From an uncultured Phycisphaerales bacterium (GTDB lineage: Bacteria > Planctomycetota > Phycisphaerae > Tepidisphaerales > Tepidisphaeraceae), in contig CAVWVQ010000003.1 in NCBI GenBank assembly GCA_963758525.1, positions 3,360,001 through 3,424,000 on the forward strand: 64,000 nt of DNA, read 5' to 3'. The translations under genes and the position numbers were made by a program. Positions 19,244-30,560 of the stretch are shown piece by piece. The notes below the pieces were generated by a model. The model searched no databases and was not told where the DNA came from. It saw only the letters and a list, made by a program, of their open reading frames with translations. The stretch's first letter is position 1. Each line of letters opens with the position of its first letter.

Positions 19244-21003
19244 TCAGAGCCGAAGGCTACCGGGGGAGGAGCCAGGAAGCAGTTTTCCTGACTTCTTCTG
19301 GGCGGACTCGTGGCGTTCGACGGCGTTCTCAATTTCCTCCAAGGCCCGATTAAGGCATCGGTAGAGCTCGCCACTCAGCCATATTGCAATCGGATGCCTC
19401 GCGGTCGTTCCACGCACCGTAGGCGTCGGTTTTGCGAATGTTCGAATCGATTCCTGCAGCCGAAAATCCGCCTTCGTCGTCCGCGAGTGATGCTGGGCAA
19501 ACTCCGCTTCACTGCGAAAAGAATACGCTTCCAGCAAATGTCCGCCGGGATTGTTGTCGTGAATTAACCGCCAGGTTCTCGCGCCGTTGCGCAGACGCTG
19601 CCTGCGCAGTTCGCGCATCGCCGGCGCATGGGCATTGAGTCCCTCTCGCGCCGGCCATTGGACGCTCGTTTCGATCCCGCCGTCGGCTGTTTGGACGATC
19701 GCCGGGGCGCCGGCGGCAAGTGCGTCGCCGCGAATGCGGGCGTGAAATCACTCCCCAGCGCCATGGTCAGACGAAACCGGCCAAAGACCACGAGGCCGAC
19801 GATCATCAGAATTCCCGCCAGCACCAGCGCCTCGGAAATCGAAGTATGCTTGGCGACGGTTCCCCAGATCGCGCTGCCGATGGCCCAGCACCCGAACAGC
19901 GTCGTCATATACATCCCCAGCGCCCGCCCTTTGACCCATCCGGGCACGGAGCGCTGCGTCGCGACATTGAAGTTGGTGGGGATGATGACCCAGTTGAATC
20001 CGATGAACAGCATCAGGATAAACGCCAGCACCGGAATCCGCAGGACGCCCAGCAGGATCAACCCGACGGCAAAGCACAGCGTGCAGGCGGCCACCATCGC
20101 GTCGATCGATAACTTCTGCTGAATTTTCGGCATCATGACGACGCCGACCACCGCGCCTGCGCCGAGACATGTCATCAAAATTCCGTATCCCCCTTCGCCC
20201 ATCCCCAGGCGATCGCTGATCACCGGCAATTGCGCCCACATCGCCACCGCGCAAAGAATGAACGCCGCAACTCGAACGAGAATTGCGATCATCGGCGGAC
20301 TGTAACGCGTGTACTGGAAACCCAGCTTAAATGCCTCCACAAACTGCTCGGCATGCGCAGTCGTGATCTGCTTGGGACGATTCCAGCGATACAGAACATA
20401 TGCCACGCCGAGGAATGTCACGGCATTGAAGACGAACGCCGCCCCCGACCCGCGAACCCCGCCGCCCGCGGCAATCATCACCGTGACGCCCAGTGCCGGG
20501 CCGACGGCGCGCGCCACGTTCAATGCAACGCTATTGAGCGCGACTGCCAACGGCATATCCGCCGGCGCCACCAATTCCGGCACGATCGCCTGAAACGGCG
20601 GCCCGCTCAGTGCGATTCCCACGCCCAGCAAGGCCCAGAAAAACAGCAGCCACCCCGCGCTGATCGTGCCGCATAGCGTCAGAATTCCCAGCGCCCCGGA
20701 CGCACCCAGCATCCAGAGCTGCGTCCAGATCAGCAGCTTGCGCCGGTCCACCACATCCGCCAGCACACCGGCAACGATCGTGAGCAAAAAAATCGGGACA
20801 TTCTCCGCGACCGCAACCAGCGCCACCCATTTGGGGTCGCTGTGCTTGAGCAGCTTCATCAGCCAGGGGCCGCCGGCTTCCTGCGCCCAGGTGCCGATGT
20901 TGGAAACCACCGTTGCGAGCCACAACGCTCGAAAAAGCGGAATGGCTAAGGGGCTCCAGGCTGATTTTTGAGCAACGGGGGCGATAGGAGCAGCTTGCGG
21001 CAT
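19244..21003 (-). CDS. MFS transporter with C-terminal soluble domain (indel near 19650)
   Basis: FRALWLATVVSNIGTW, AGVLADVVDRRKLL, NVARAVGP, WVKGRALG; other frame RRQRLRNGARTWRL..HHSRTTKAD. Confidence 0.85.
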
Positions 21004-21075
21004 AGGTTGTCTGGCAGCGCCCAGAACCTAAGTCAGCATTTGTTCTGGTACCGCGCGAATAAGAATGCTGCCAGG

Positions 21076-21495
21076 TTACGGGTTAAGAACCACTTCGCTG
21101 GCGGGGCCGCGGAAAAGCACATCCATGTGGTTGAGAACATCTCGGCCAAGAATGCGCTCACTTCCAGCAAAGTCGGCTTGCATGCGGCACGGACAATTCC
21201 CGTCGTAGGCAAAAGAAGCACGACGAACGCGGGACGGCTGCTCCTCCTTTCCAACGCAGATCAGAAAAGGATGCCGGCCCGACGATTCGGCTGCATGCAG
21301 AACGGCCACTGGGCTATTGCCCGAAGCGATCACCTTGCCGTCGGCAAAACCGATCCACTGGCCTTGGTACTGACTCAGCAGCTTCGCGCGCACAGCCCAA
21401 TAACCAGCCTCGTTTTTGCGCCGGTCAGGATGAATCTGCGCAGCAATCTCGGGTGGCAATCGGTCGGCAATGCTGTTCATGACGCGTCTGGCCAT
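21076..21495 (-). CDS. DUF5678-like domain fused to a retropepsin-like C-terminal remnant (probable internal deletion)
   Basis: LLSQYQGQWIGFADGKVIASG, then ILGRDVLN..VLF.GP; no DTG catalytic motif. Confidence 0.6.
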   Translation of the reverse strand: MARRVMNSIADRLPPEIAAQIHPDRRKNEAGYWAVRAKLLSQYQGQWIGFADGKVIASGNSPVAVLHAAESSGRHPFLICVGKEEQPSRVRRASFAYDGNCPCRMQADFAGSERILGRDVLNHMDVLFRGPASEVVLNP

Positions 21496-21694
21496 AAGCT
21501 GACAACCGGGGCATTCTATCAGTGGGTCGCGGGATTGTCTCCAGATGGATCATTCGCTGACCAAGTGCGATATCTGTCGCTCCTGGTAGGAGAAGCGATC
21601 AAAGATGCCGAACATTGACCGACGATACGAGGTCTGGGGGCGCCGCAGCGGTTGAGTTAAACTAGAAGCGCTGTACGCCGGGAACGGGCTGCAC

Positions 21695-21837
21695 GGGTGT
21701 AACTTTTATTTGTGGCGATTGCAGATTTTGCGATCGTAGGGCGGGATTCATCCCGCCGTTTTCTCAGCCGGCCAACAAATCGGCGGGATGAATCCCGCCC
21801 TACTCGGAGCCGATCGCCACTTTCGAGCGCCACACCC
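21695..21837 (-). mobile_element. MITE family A, copy 2 (8-bp target duplication GGCTGCAC)
   Basis: Reverse complement of 19074-19174 with a REP doublet inside; GGCTGCAC on both sides. Confidence 0.85.
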
Positions 21838-21863
21838 GGCTGCACCAGACTCAGAAAAGAATG

Positions 21864-21892
21864 TTGACCGCCAACGGTGGCCGGGAGATAAT
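21864..21892 (+). promoter_or_regulatory. Sigma70-like promoter, probably leaderless
   Basis: TTGACC-17 nt-GATAAT, 7 nt before GTG at 21900. Confidence 0.55.
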
Positions 21893-21899
21893 AGCACTA

Positions 21900-23546
21900 G
21901 TGGGTCGCTTTCGCATTGACAGCCTCGCCGCGCTGGCTCGCCAGATGGCGTTTACGCCGCAGGAGCCTCGCGTAGCGCAAGTCGCTGCCGCGGAAGAACT
22001 TCTGCACTCCATCGAGCCGGGCAAAGGCTATCCGTACTCGTTCGTAGTCTTCCGGATCACTTCATACCACCCCAAGTCGGGACCCGGCGATCTGCTCACC
22101 GGACTGGCCCTGCAGCACGATCTTGGCCTGCTCATTGAACAGGTCAGTGACACACTCAATCTAGCTGCCACCGATCAGAGCGAGCCGGTCTTAGGCATCG
22201 ATCAGGTGGGCGAGCGATTCAACGTCACCAGCAAAACCATCCAACGCTGGCGGCGGAAGGGTTTGCCGGCCCGGCGATTCGTCTTCGCCGACGGCAAGCG
22301 CCGAGTGGGCTTTTTTCTCAGCAGCGTCGAGCGGTTTTTCGCCGGGCATGAAGAGCAAGCGCCTGACGGGACGAAATTCTCGCCGATCCAGCAATCCGAA
22401 TGTGAGGAGATCGTCCGTCGCGCGCGCCGGCTGGCGATTGAAGGCCGCTGCTGCGCTGACGAGATCGCCCGCCGCATCGGCCGGCGCGTGCATCGCTCCC
22501 CCGCCGCGGTGCTGCATGTCCTTTCCATCCATGACGAACGATCCCCTCGCGAAGCAATTCTCCCGAGGGCGCAAGCTCCGGTCACTCCGCTCGAACGAGC
22601 GAAAATACTGGGGAGTCATCGGCGGGGCCTGTCGATCAAAGCGCTGGCTCGCCGGGCGCGTCGCCCCTGGTCGGCGGTCTATCGCGTCGTGCTCGATGCG
22701 CAGGTTGCCCGGCTCGCGCACCGCAAGGTGAAGTTCATCGACGATCCGCTCTATCACCAGCCCGATGCCGCCGGCACGGTCGCGGCCATCGCCGCGCCTT
22801 CGGAGGATCTGCTGGCCCCCCATCGGGCGCACGACGCCCGCGTCCCGCGCGATCTGCCGCCCTATCTGGCGGAGCTCTACCGAACGCCGCTGCTTTCCCC
22901 GGCCCGCGAACGAGCCCTGTTTCTCCAGCTCAACTTTCACAAGTTCCAGTTTGCCAGCGCCCGCCGACGGCTGGATCCCTGCCGGGCGCAGGCGCGCGAT
23001 CTCTCCGAATTGGAACGTCATCTCGCCGCCGCCACGGAAAGCAAGAACGCGATCGTGCGCGCCAACCTTCGCCTGGTCGTCAGCGTCGCCCGCCAGCACC
23101 AGCGCCCCGGCCTGTCACTGATGGAACTGATCAGCGAGGGAAATCTCACGCTGATGCGCGCAGTGGATGGCTTCGACGCCCATCGCGGCAACCGCTTCAG
23201 CACCTACGCCACATTCGCGCTGATGAAGGGCTTCGCCCGCAGCGTTCCCCAGTTGCTCGCCTCCCGCTCCGCTGGAGAGGAAGCCGGCGCGTTGGCCGCG
23301 ATCCCCGATCCCCAATTTCAAGCCGCCGGCCAGCGCATTGCCGACCGCGAGCAGGTCGGCCAGTTGCTTTCCCGCCTCGACGAACGGGAGCGCCGTGTCC
23401 TGCTTGCGCACTACGGTCTCGGTTCCGTACGAGCGCCCGCGACGTTCGAGCAAGTCGGCGAGTCGCTGGGCCTTTCCGGCGTGCGCGTGCGTCAGATCGA
23501 GCAACGCGCCATCGCCAAGCTTCGTCTTGCCGCCGGCGGCGAGTAG
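21900..23546 (+). CDS. Sigma-70 family factor with long N-terminal HTH-containing extension
   Basis: YLAELYRTPLLS (1.2), NLRLVVSVAR, ISEGNLTLMRAVDGFD..RGNRFSTYA (2), TFEQVGESLGLSGVRVRQIE (4); N-terminal FNVTSKTIQRWRRKGL. Confidence 0.88.
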   Translation: MGRFRIDSLAALARQMAFTPQEPRVAQVAAAEELLHSIEPGKGYPYSFVVFRITSYHPKSGPGDLLTGLALQHDLGLLIEQVSDTLNLAATDQSEPVLGIDQVGERFNVTSKTIQRWRRKGLPARRFVFADGKRRVGFFLSSVERFFAGHEEQAPDGTKFSPIQQSECEEIVRRARRLAIEGRCCADEIARRIGRRVHRSPAAVLHVLSIHDERSPREAILPRAQAPVTPLERAKILGSHRRGLSIKALARRARRPWSAVYRVVLDAQVARLAHRKVKFIDDPLYHQPDAAGTVAAIAAPSEDLLAPHRAHDARVPRDLPPYLAELYRTPLLSPARERALFLQLNFHKFQFASARRRLDPCRAQARDLSELERHLAAATESKNAIVRANLRLVVSVARQHQRPGLSLMELISEGNLTLMRAVDGFDAHRGNRFSTYATFALMKGFARSVPQLLASRSAGEEAGALAAIPDPQFQAAGQRIADREQVGQLLSRLDERERRVLLAHYGLGSVRAPATFEQVGESLGLSGVRVRQIEQRAIAKLRLAAGGE

Positions 23547-23589
23547 TGCTTCGGAACCCTGACGTCGAACCACCCGCGGAAATGCCCGA

Positions 23590-23871
23590 ATGACCAAACC
23601 CGAACCCCCCCATGCAGCACTCCCCGAACGCGATCAACCCAGTCTTCACGAAGTGATTCGGACAATCCTTCTGAGGAAGAAGAACCGCACTGCCAGCTTC
23701 ATCACCATCAGCAACGAAAATCAACGGAACGATCTCTATCGCCGACCGGCGGACGGCAAGCATCCCAACGCGGTCCAGATCCGGGCACGGGCTGCGAAAT
23801 ATCACAAGCTCTTCAAAAGAATCGGGGGCGGGGAAGTGCAGTACATCGGACCGATTCCGCCCGCGGTGTAG
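23590..23871 (+). CDS. Small winged-helix protein, HARE-HTH-like
   Basis: SLHEVIRTIL...IS.E..RNDLYRR.ADGK....QIRAR..KY..LF pattern; ATG lies in a GAATGAC repeat. Confidence 0.5.
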   Translation: MTKPEPPHAALPERDQPSLHEVIRTILLRKKNRTASFITISNENQRNDLYRRPADGKHPNAVQIRARAAKYHKLFKRIGGGEVQYIGPIPPAV

Positions 23872-23878
23872 TGCATAT

Positions 23879-24085
23879 AAACCCGAATTCCGAAACCAGA
23901 AACCAGAATCAAACAATCAAACCAGAATGACGAATGACCGAATGAAGATCATGCCGGACAGTCGACGTAGTGCTGATTTGACGCTCGCACAGCCGAGGGC
24001 GGCGGTGCCACATCTCCCCATTCAGTCATTCGTCATTCTGATTTGATACTTTGATTCGGGGATTCTGGTTTCGTCATTCGGCTTT
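23879..24085. repeat. GAATGAC-heptamer hairpin element without ORF
   Basis: Left arm ...aatcaaaccagaatgacgaatgaccgaatg; right arm cattcagtcattcgtcattc...ttgattcggggattctggtttcgtcattcgg. Confidence 0.85.
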
Positions 24086-24140
24086 GGCGTGAAGTTCGCG
24101 CGCCTTGCACGACGCGCCAAATTTCCGCATCCTCTCCCCC

Positions 24141-24704
24141 ATGAGTCCAAATGCCCCCAAGCAAATCGTCACCAGCGGCAAATACGTGAATCTCGCCACG
24201 CGGGGCGGCTGGGAATTTGTCGAGCGGAAGAACATCTGCGGCATCGTCGGAATCGTCGCGGTAACCGACGCGGGAAAGATTCTGCTGATCGAGCAATACC
24301 GCCCGCCGATGGACAAGGTGGTCTTCGAGCTGCCGGCCGGGCTCGCGGGAGACATCAAGGGGAGCGAGACGGAAGACCTGGCGATTGCCGCCCGGCGGGA
24401 ACTGCTGGAGGAAACCGGATACGAGGCGCGGGATATGATTCGCCTCGCGGACGGCGCATCGTCAGCCGGCATCACCGACGAAGTCGTCACGCTGTTCCGC
24501 GCGACCGGCCTGCGCAAGACCGGCCCCGGCGGCGGTGACGGAAATGAGCAGCTTGTGTTGCACGAAGTCCCGCTGGCCCAAGTAAATGATTGGCTCGCCG
24601 AGCGCTGCCGCGGCGGGGCGGCGGTCGATATGAAGGTCTACAGCGGGCTCTATTTTGCGCAGCCCATCCCCGCGCCCTTGCCCGGCAACCCACTGCACCG
24701 GTAG
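24141..24704 (+). CDS. NUDIX hydrolase (ADP-ribose pyrophosphatase-like)
   Basis: EQYRPP, ELPAGL, AARRELLEETGY Nudix box. Confidence 0.92.
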   Translation: MSPNAPKQIVTSGKYVNLATRGGWEFVERKNICGIVGIVAVTDAGKILLIEQYRPPMDKVVFELPAGLAGDIKGSETEDLAIAARRELLEETGYEARDMIRLADGASSAGITDEVVTLFRATGLRKTGPGGGDGNEQLVLHEVPLAQVNDWLAERCRGGAAVDMKVYSGLYFAQPIPAPLPGNPLHR

Positions 24705-24717
24705 AGTTTCGCCCCGA

Positions 24718-25716
24718 GTGACCAACAAAGCCCCCATCCGACTCGGGTTGTGCGCCATCTTCGCAGCAGCGGCCACGCTGTGGCTGCCGATGCCCGAATC
24801 GCACGCCGACGATCAACCGCCGGCAGCGCCCCTCTCGCTGGTCGCGTCGCCGGCGCAGGCTCCCGCGCAGCCGGGCAGTCGCGTTGCCGACGCTTATTCC
24901 CCGGTGCGTTTGGCGATTGTCGATGAGCCGGAGAGCGTCTATCCCCAGATCATTGCCCCCCAGTCGCAGGAGCCTTTCAACGCCGGCTCGGTCAGTTTCG
25001 ATCTTTCCGTCTCCTATCTGAGCCGATACGTTTTCCGCGGGATCGATCAGGCGACGCTTCCCGGGAACAACTCGGAAAATTCCCTCCAATTCAACGGCGC
25101 CGCCGAGTTCGACCTGGGCCGGATTCCGCATCCGTTTATCGGGCTGTTCGTGAACGTCTTCAACAACGACCCGGTTTCGCGTTTCGAGGAAGTGCGGCCG
25201 GTGGCGGGACTGCGCTGGATCATCAAGCCGCTGACCGTGATCGCCCAATACACATCCTACATCTTCCCGAATCGCAAGAGCCTGGACACGCAGGAGGGAA
25301 TGCTCCGCCTCGAACTCGATGACTCGCGGCTCTGGAACACCGACAAGCCCGTCATTTCTCCCTATATCCTGGCTGCATACGATTTCGACCGATATTACGG
25401 CGTCTATCTCGAAGTCGGCCTGAAGCACGATTTTGCGATCGAGGAGACCGGCCTGACCATCACTCCCTCCGCGTCCATCGCCTATGTCCTCAGCGACAGC
25501 TATTTTCGCGAAACTCCCAACGGCAGCGACACCGGCCTGCAGCATTTTGAGGTGGGTCTGACCGTTTCCTACTCTCTCAACAACCTGCTCAACATTCCCC
25601 GTCGTTTTGGCCAGTTCAACATCAAAGGCTATCTCTTCGACGACGGCGGCATCGATTCCAAGCTCCGCGCCGACACCCGTCTCTTCGGCGGCGCGGGAAT
25701 CGATTTTCAATATTGA
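24718..25716 (+). CDS. Putative outer-membrane beta-barrel protein
   Basis: Signal peptide, SRYVFRGIDQ, alternating aromatic strands, C-terminal GAGIDFQY. Confidence 0.65.
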   Translation: MTNKAPIRLGLCAIFAAAATLWLPMPESHADDQPPAAPLSLVASPAQAPAQPGSRVADAYSPVRLAIVDEPESVYPQIIAPQSQEPFNAGSVSFDLSVSYLSRYVFRGIDQATLPGNNSENSLQFNGAAEFDLGRIPHPFIGLFVNVFNNDPVSRFEEVRPVAGLRWIIKPLTVIAQYTSYIFPNRKSLDTQEGMLRLELDDSRLWNTDKPVISPYILAAYDFDRYYGVYLEVGLKHDFAIEETGLTITPSASIAYVLSDSYFRETPNGSDTGLQHFEVGLTVSYSLNNLLNIPRRFGQFNIKGYLFDDGGIDSKLRADTRLFGGAGIDFQY

Positions 25717-25950
25717 ATCCGGCAAGCAATCGTGGTGCAGCCGTCCATCCTGCCGTCATTAAAACCACCAGCCCATGGCACTCCGCGGGCTGGGTGGGCG
25801 ATCGAATCCAATCGCCGCGCGGGATTTCCCTACATCACCGTAGGGAAAGCTTGCAGGAATGACACTTGGCGGTTGATAATTGCCATAGCCTCTGTCTGAT
25901 CGGATAAGAAGCTTCCAAGCTGCGGGAAGACGGCTTTTCCTGACACTTCA

Positions 25951-26053
25951 CTAAATGAACGTGCGCGATTACGCGCACGTGCGAGCAGTATGCTGCCCTT
26001 AGGGCAGCCGCTAAACGGTTTTTGGAAGCGCGTAATCGCGCAAGGTCATATAG
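25951..26053 (+). mobile_element. MITE family B, copy 1 (103 bp)
   Basis: 26-bp imperfect TIRs CTAAATGAACGTGCGCGATTACGCGC / CTATATGACCTTGCGCGATTACGCGC; central palindrome GCTGCCCTTAGGGCAGC. Confidence 0.75.
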
Positions 26054-26059
26054 CGCCCA

Positions 26060-29000
26060 ATGTCAATTCCCCGGTCGTTTCACCTCGGTCTGCCGATGCT
26101 GCTGATATCGGCCTTGTACGCGATCGCATCGGCCGATCAGTGGCAGCCGAAATGCGCGGTGATTGTCGACGTGTCGTCCGCGCCGTCGGGAAACGCGATA
26201 GCAACGCTCGTTGAGGCGAAGCTGTCGGAGCAGAACATCCGCCTCGTTGATCGGCAGACGATCGATCGCATCCTGCCGGAACAGTACCTCTCCAAGACTG
26301 GATTGGTCGATGCGCAGCACGCGGTGCAGACGGGGAAACTGCTCTCGGCGGATCTATTGGCGTTTGTCAGCACGTCCCCCGATGGCAGCGCGTTGACCGT
26401 TTTCGACGCGGGAACGGGCGCTCGCCTGGAGGACGAGGCGGCGACAGCCGTCGAAACCGCTTTGGCAGACGAGTTTGCGCGTGGAATCGTTCGCGCTATC
26501 CAGAAGCGCACCCGCGAACGGGGCGGAGGCGCCGCGGGGTTGAGAACCGTCTGTCTGCAGACCGTTCGCAATGCCGATCTTCCGCTGGGGAAGCAATCGG
26601 TCGCGCGTGCCGCCGGCGAAATCCTGATGCGGCGATTGGCCGCATCCGCGGACGTGGCCGTGCTGGAGCGCAAGCGCCTCAATCATGTGACGCAGGAGCG
26701 AGAACTCACCGGCGTTGACGAGGCGCTAATCGCGTCGACAGTTTCGATCGAGCTGCAGATTGCCCGCAGCGCAGGGAACAGCGGCATCGATGTCAGCGCC
26801 GTCCTGGACTATGGAAAAGGCGAACGCAAGGCGGTTCCCGCGGTTCAGGTGGGCAGCGAAAATCCGGACGACATCGCCAGGGCGATTCTGCCGGGAATTT
26901 CAGAAATGCTGGCGGTGACCCGTCCGTCCCCGTCCACGGCAGCAGAGCGTGAGGCCGAGTCGAAGCGCTTCGCGCGGGAAGCGATGCTGCAATGGAGTCA
27001 TCAGGAAGTTGATGGAGCGCTCGACGCTGCCCAGGCCGCATACGCGATGAACCCCGGCGATTTTCATTGCGGCGCGCTGCGGGCGCGGGCGCTGGTGGTG
27101 TCGGGATTGGCACAAGTGTGTTACGGCGACTTTGCCGATCCGGCGCTCTCCCCGCAGCCGTATATGAAGGAGCATCCGGACGCATTGATGCCATCGCTGC
27201 AACTGGTCGGAGAAGCATGCGATGCGCTTGAAACGTTGGAAGTCGGCGCCAGCGCGGTCGCTGCGGCAAGTGGGCCGGCGGCTTTGCGGCTGATGACGCC
27301 GCTGGATCGCGATCCCCTTGGCGTCAATGCCCAAACGCTGTTGCGGCGGTATTTGTGTGCGCTCCGCTCCGAGATGCCAAAGGGCACTGCATCCTGGACC
27401 GGAATTTCCCCGTACATCACCGGCCCCGATCAGACGGCCCTGTTGAAGCAGATCAGGCAGCGGTTTCGGCATCGAAGATTCGATTTGGAGCGGGAATATG
27501 CGCGCAGCTCGTAAGCGACCGCCGGAGTCTCAGCGCATACGAAGCGTTCCTGGAGGACTTGTTTCACGATTCGCGATGCGCGTGGTTCGAGGATGGAAAG
27601 CAGTGGACTTTGGAGTGGGCGATTCTGCTGGCCGACTGGACGGCGCTGGAAAAACAATACGGGCCGCCCCCGCTGATGGAAACGCCGATTCCCGAGGCGG
27701 TGGCGCAGATCGCGCTGAGGTACGCGTATTTCCACAACCGAACAACGCCATGGGACTACGCGTGGAGGATGACGCCCGACGATTGGCAACGTCTGGTGGA
27801 CGCCACCGCGGCGTTCAGGGACCTGCCGGGCGTCCGGTCGCACCGCCTCGCGGATGCCATGCGCGACTATGCCGGACCATACATTCATCCGCAAAACGTC
27901 AGCGCAATCAGCAATCGGCCGGCTGACGCTCCGGCGCCGCCCGCACGGCATCTGATCGCGCCCCAACCGATTCAAACCGAGACCGCGCAAGCGCCGACCG
28001 CAGGTCCCGGAACCAATTGGCCGGACGCAAAGCTTCTCGCAGACGCCGATGCCCAGGACGTTTACCGCGCGGCTCCCGGCAACCGCGGCGTGGAATTCCC
28101 GCTGGTGGATCGGGCGGCGAATACGGCTTACGGGTTGTCGTTCGCAACGCCAGCCGATCGCCGCGAACCATCGCGATTGAATTTAATTCGCTTCGACCTC
28201 GCAACCGGGTCGTCGCAGCGCGTCTGCTCTTATGCCGCGACAAGCTCCGCTGATCGGCCGGTGGGATGGAGGATCGAAAGGCTCTCGCTGGATTGCGCTG
28301 AATTGACGCCAGGCTGTTACCTGTACTGCAATGCGGACCAGGGAGTGTTTCTGTTTCCCACATCGGGCGAACCGGTGCTGACGGTCGATCGTTTTACGGC
28401 AAAACTCCCGGACGGATCTTTTCAGGCCGCGACGCTGTTGGACAACACCGTATATCTGGCGGTGGGCCAGCCAAGTCGCGACGGTTACCTGCTTTCGCTG
28501 AATCTCAAAGACCAGACATTGCGAACGCTGGCATCGAGTCGGCGACTGTCGACAACCGCGCCGGCGAGCGCGGGCGGCGCTGTCGCCCCCGCCACGCAGG
28601 CGGCGGGGTCACCCTTTGATGACGCGCCGCCGCTGATTGCGTGGCGCATGCGCGCCGACCCGCCGCGCCATCGCATCGTGCTGCTGGTTTCAAATCCCTC
28701 CTGGCCAAACGGGATGAGCGGTTGGTGGGAGTTCAAGCCGGCGTCCGGCCAATTCAAGTTGCTGGCCCCCCTCGATATGACGCGCGAGACCGATCGCTCT
28801 TCAAGCGGCGACTGGCAATCGCCCTGCGGGACGGATCGCATCGCGTTTGCCACCATAACCAATCGAGCCGCCGTGCTGGATCTTGCAACAGATCGCGTCT
28901 CGCCCATGCCCTCGGTCCCGCGCGCGCCCGATGATGCCAGCCCAAAAAACGCTTCCGCGGATCGCCCGGCGCTCGGTTTTCCACTGGTCCCGGCGGATGA

Positions 29001-30399
29001 ATGGATCTGGGGGAAATTCGGGCGGTATCGCGTCGTGCATGCAACCGGACGCAAGGACTCGATCGAACTACAGAGTTTCAAGCCGCTGACGTCTGAGAAT
29101 AGTCAGTGGGGACGTTGGCCGGGCGTTCTCGAACCGATTGATGATGATCATGTAATCATTGGCGACAAGGGCAGCCTCTGGCTGCTCCACGTGCCTTCGC
29201 AAGACCCGGCGGCCATGTCGCGGCTCCTGCAGCCTCCGCGTCCGATGTACGTTTCGGTCGAGCCGGCGGGAAAGCCGCCAGTCGATGCCCATCTCCCCTG
29301 GACTTCAGTGACGACGATTTGCGACGCCGCTCGCGGAATCAATTTGGGCGAGGATTCACCGCGGTTTCTGCTGGCGCCGCAGATTGTTGGTGACGATGCA
29401 TATGTGTTTGCTGCCGGGAGCGCTGGGCATCCTGACGGCGGCGTTCTGCTCAAATTCTCTCTGCTCGACGGAAAACGGACCGGGCTGGGAACAGCGTATG
29501 CACCTCAACTGGACTTGCGCTCCGGCACGCTTGCCGAGCGAACGACTGTTCATCTGGGCGGATGCAGTTCTTGTATCGATGATCACAATTACTATCTGGT
29601 CGTCCCCAACAATCTGATCCTTGCGTTTCCCCTCGGCGGAGGCGCGCCGCGGCAGTTTCCTTTCGGCGGGTTCGTCTCGCAGATCGCGGCGATTTCCGAC
29701 ACTTTGTTCGTGATCGAACGGATTCCTCATCCGCGAACGCAAGAGCAGGATTTCCCCGGATGGACGGAGCGATTGGTTCGGATCAATCTTGCCACCGGCG
29801 TCCGTGAAGCGCTGCCATTGCTGAATGCCTCATCTGACTCAGGCGTGCTGCCTGCGGTGAACCTGATGCGAGCGGATGCGCGGCGGGGGCGGGTGCTGTT
29901 TTTCATCGATCATTCGGGCAAGGTGAATCCGGGTACGTCGGGGCTATGGAGCTGCGCGCCCGCCGGAGCGCCGTGCCGCCTCGACCCGTTCGACATCTGG
30001 TCGGCCACCGGCGAATGCTTCGGAGCAGCGGGCGACTGGGCCGGCGAAATCGACGGTGATGCCTGGCTGCTGCTCTCCAGCAACGGCGCGGTGCGGGTTC
30101 ATCTGAATCCGCTGCATATCGAGCGCCTGTGGCAAGTGGAGCCCAAAGGCGAATCCGCGCTCGGAGCGAGCTACGACTTCCGCGCGCCGATCGCAGTCGT
30201 CGACGGCTGGCTCTGGGATCAGACATTCAGACGTGCAAAGCTGGATGGAACGGCATTCGAACAGCTTCCGTACCTGCGAACGATGCATTCGCCGCAGTAT
30301 GCGCTGGGAGCGCAAACAATGCGCGTCCTCCACGGAGGCGATCAATTATTCGTGGCAGATAATTGCGGGATGTGGGTTGTGAAGTTGCGAAATCGCTGA
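26060..30399 (+). CDS. Large secreted protein (~1440 aa if joined; indel near 27500) with N-terminal CsgG/TolB-N-like domains and probable beta-propeller repeats
   Basis: Signal peptide; RLVDRQTIDRILPEQ.LS..GLVD...VQTGKLLSADLL and VLERKRL...QERELT; long overlapping downstream ORF 27355-30399. Confidence 0.6.
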
Positions 30400-30560
30400 G
30401 CAGTGCGGCGGTCAAAGTTCCCGCGAAGGGCAAGCCACTCCCGGCACGTTCGGCAAGATCGTAACGGCGATCTCCCTCGCGCTCGTTCCCCTCCGTACCC
30501 AAATGCTTTCCCTCTAATGCCTTCCCCTTCGTGCCTCCGTGCCTCCGTGCCTTCCCCCCT

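Noticed and set aside
19074..21837. Composite transposon carrying the MFS gene
   Set aside because: Each MITE has its own distinct 8-bp duplication, so they inserted independently.
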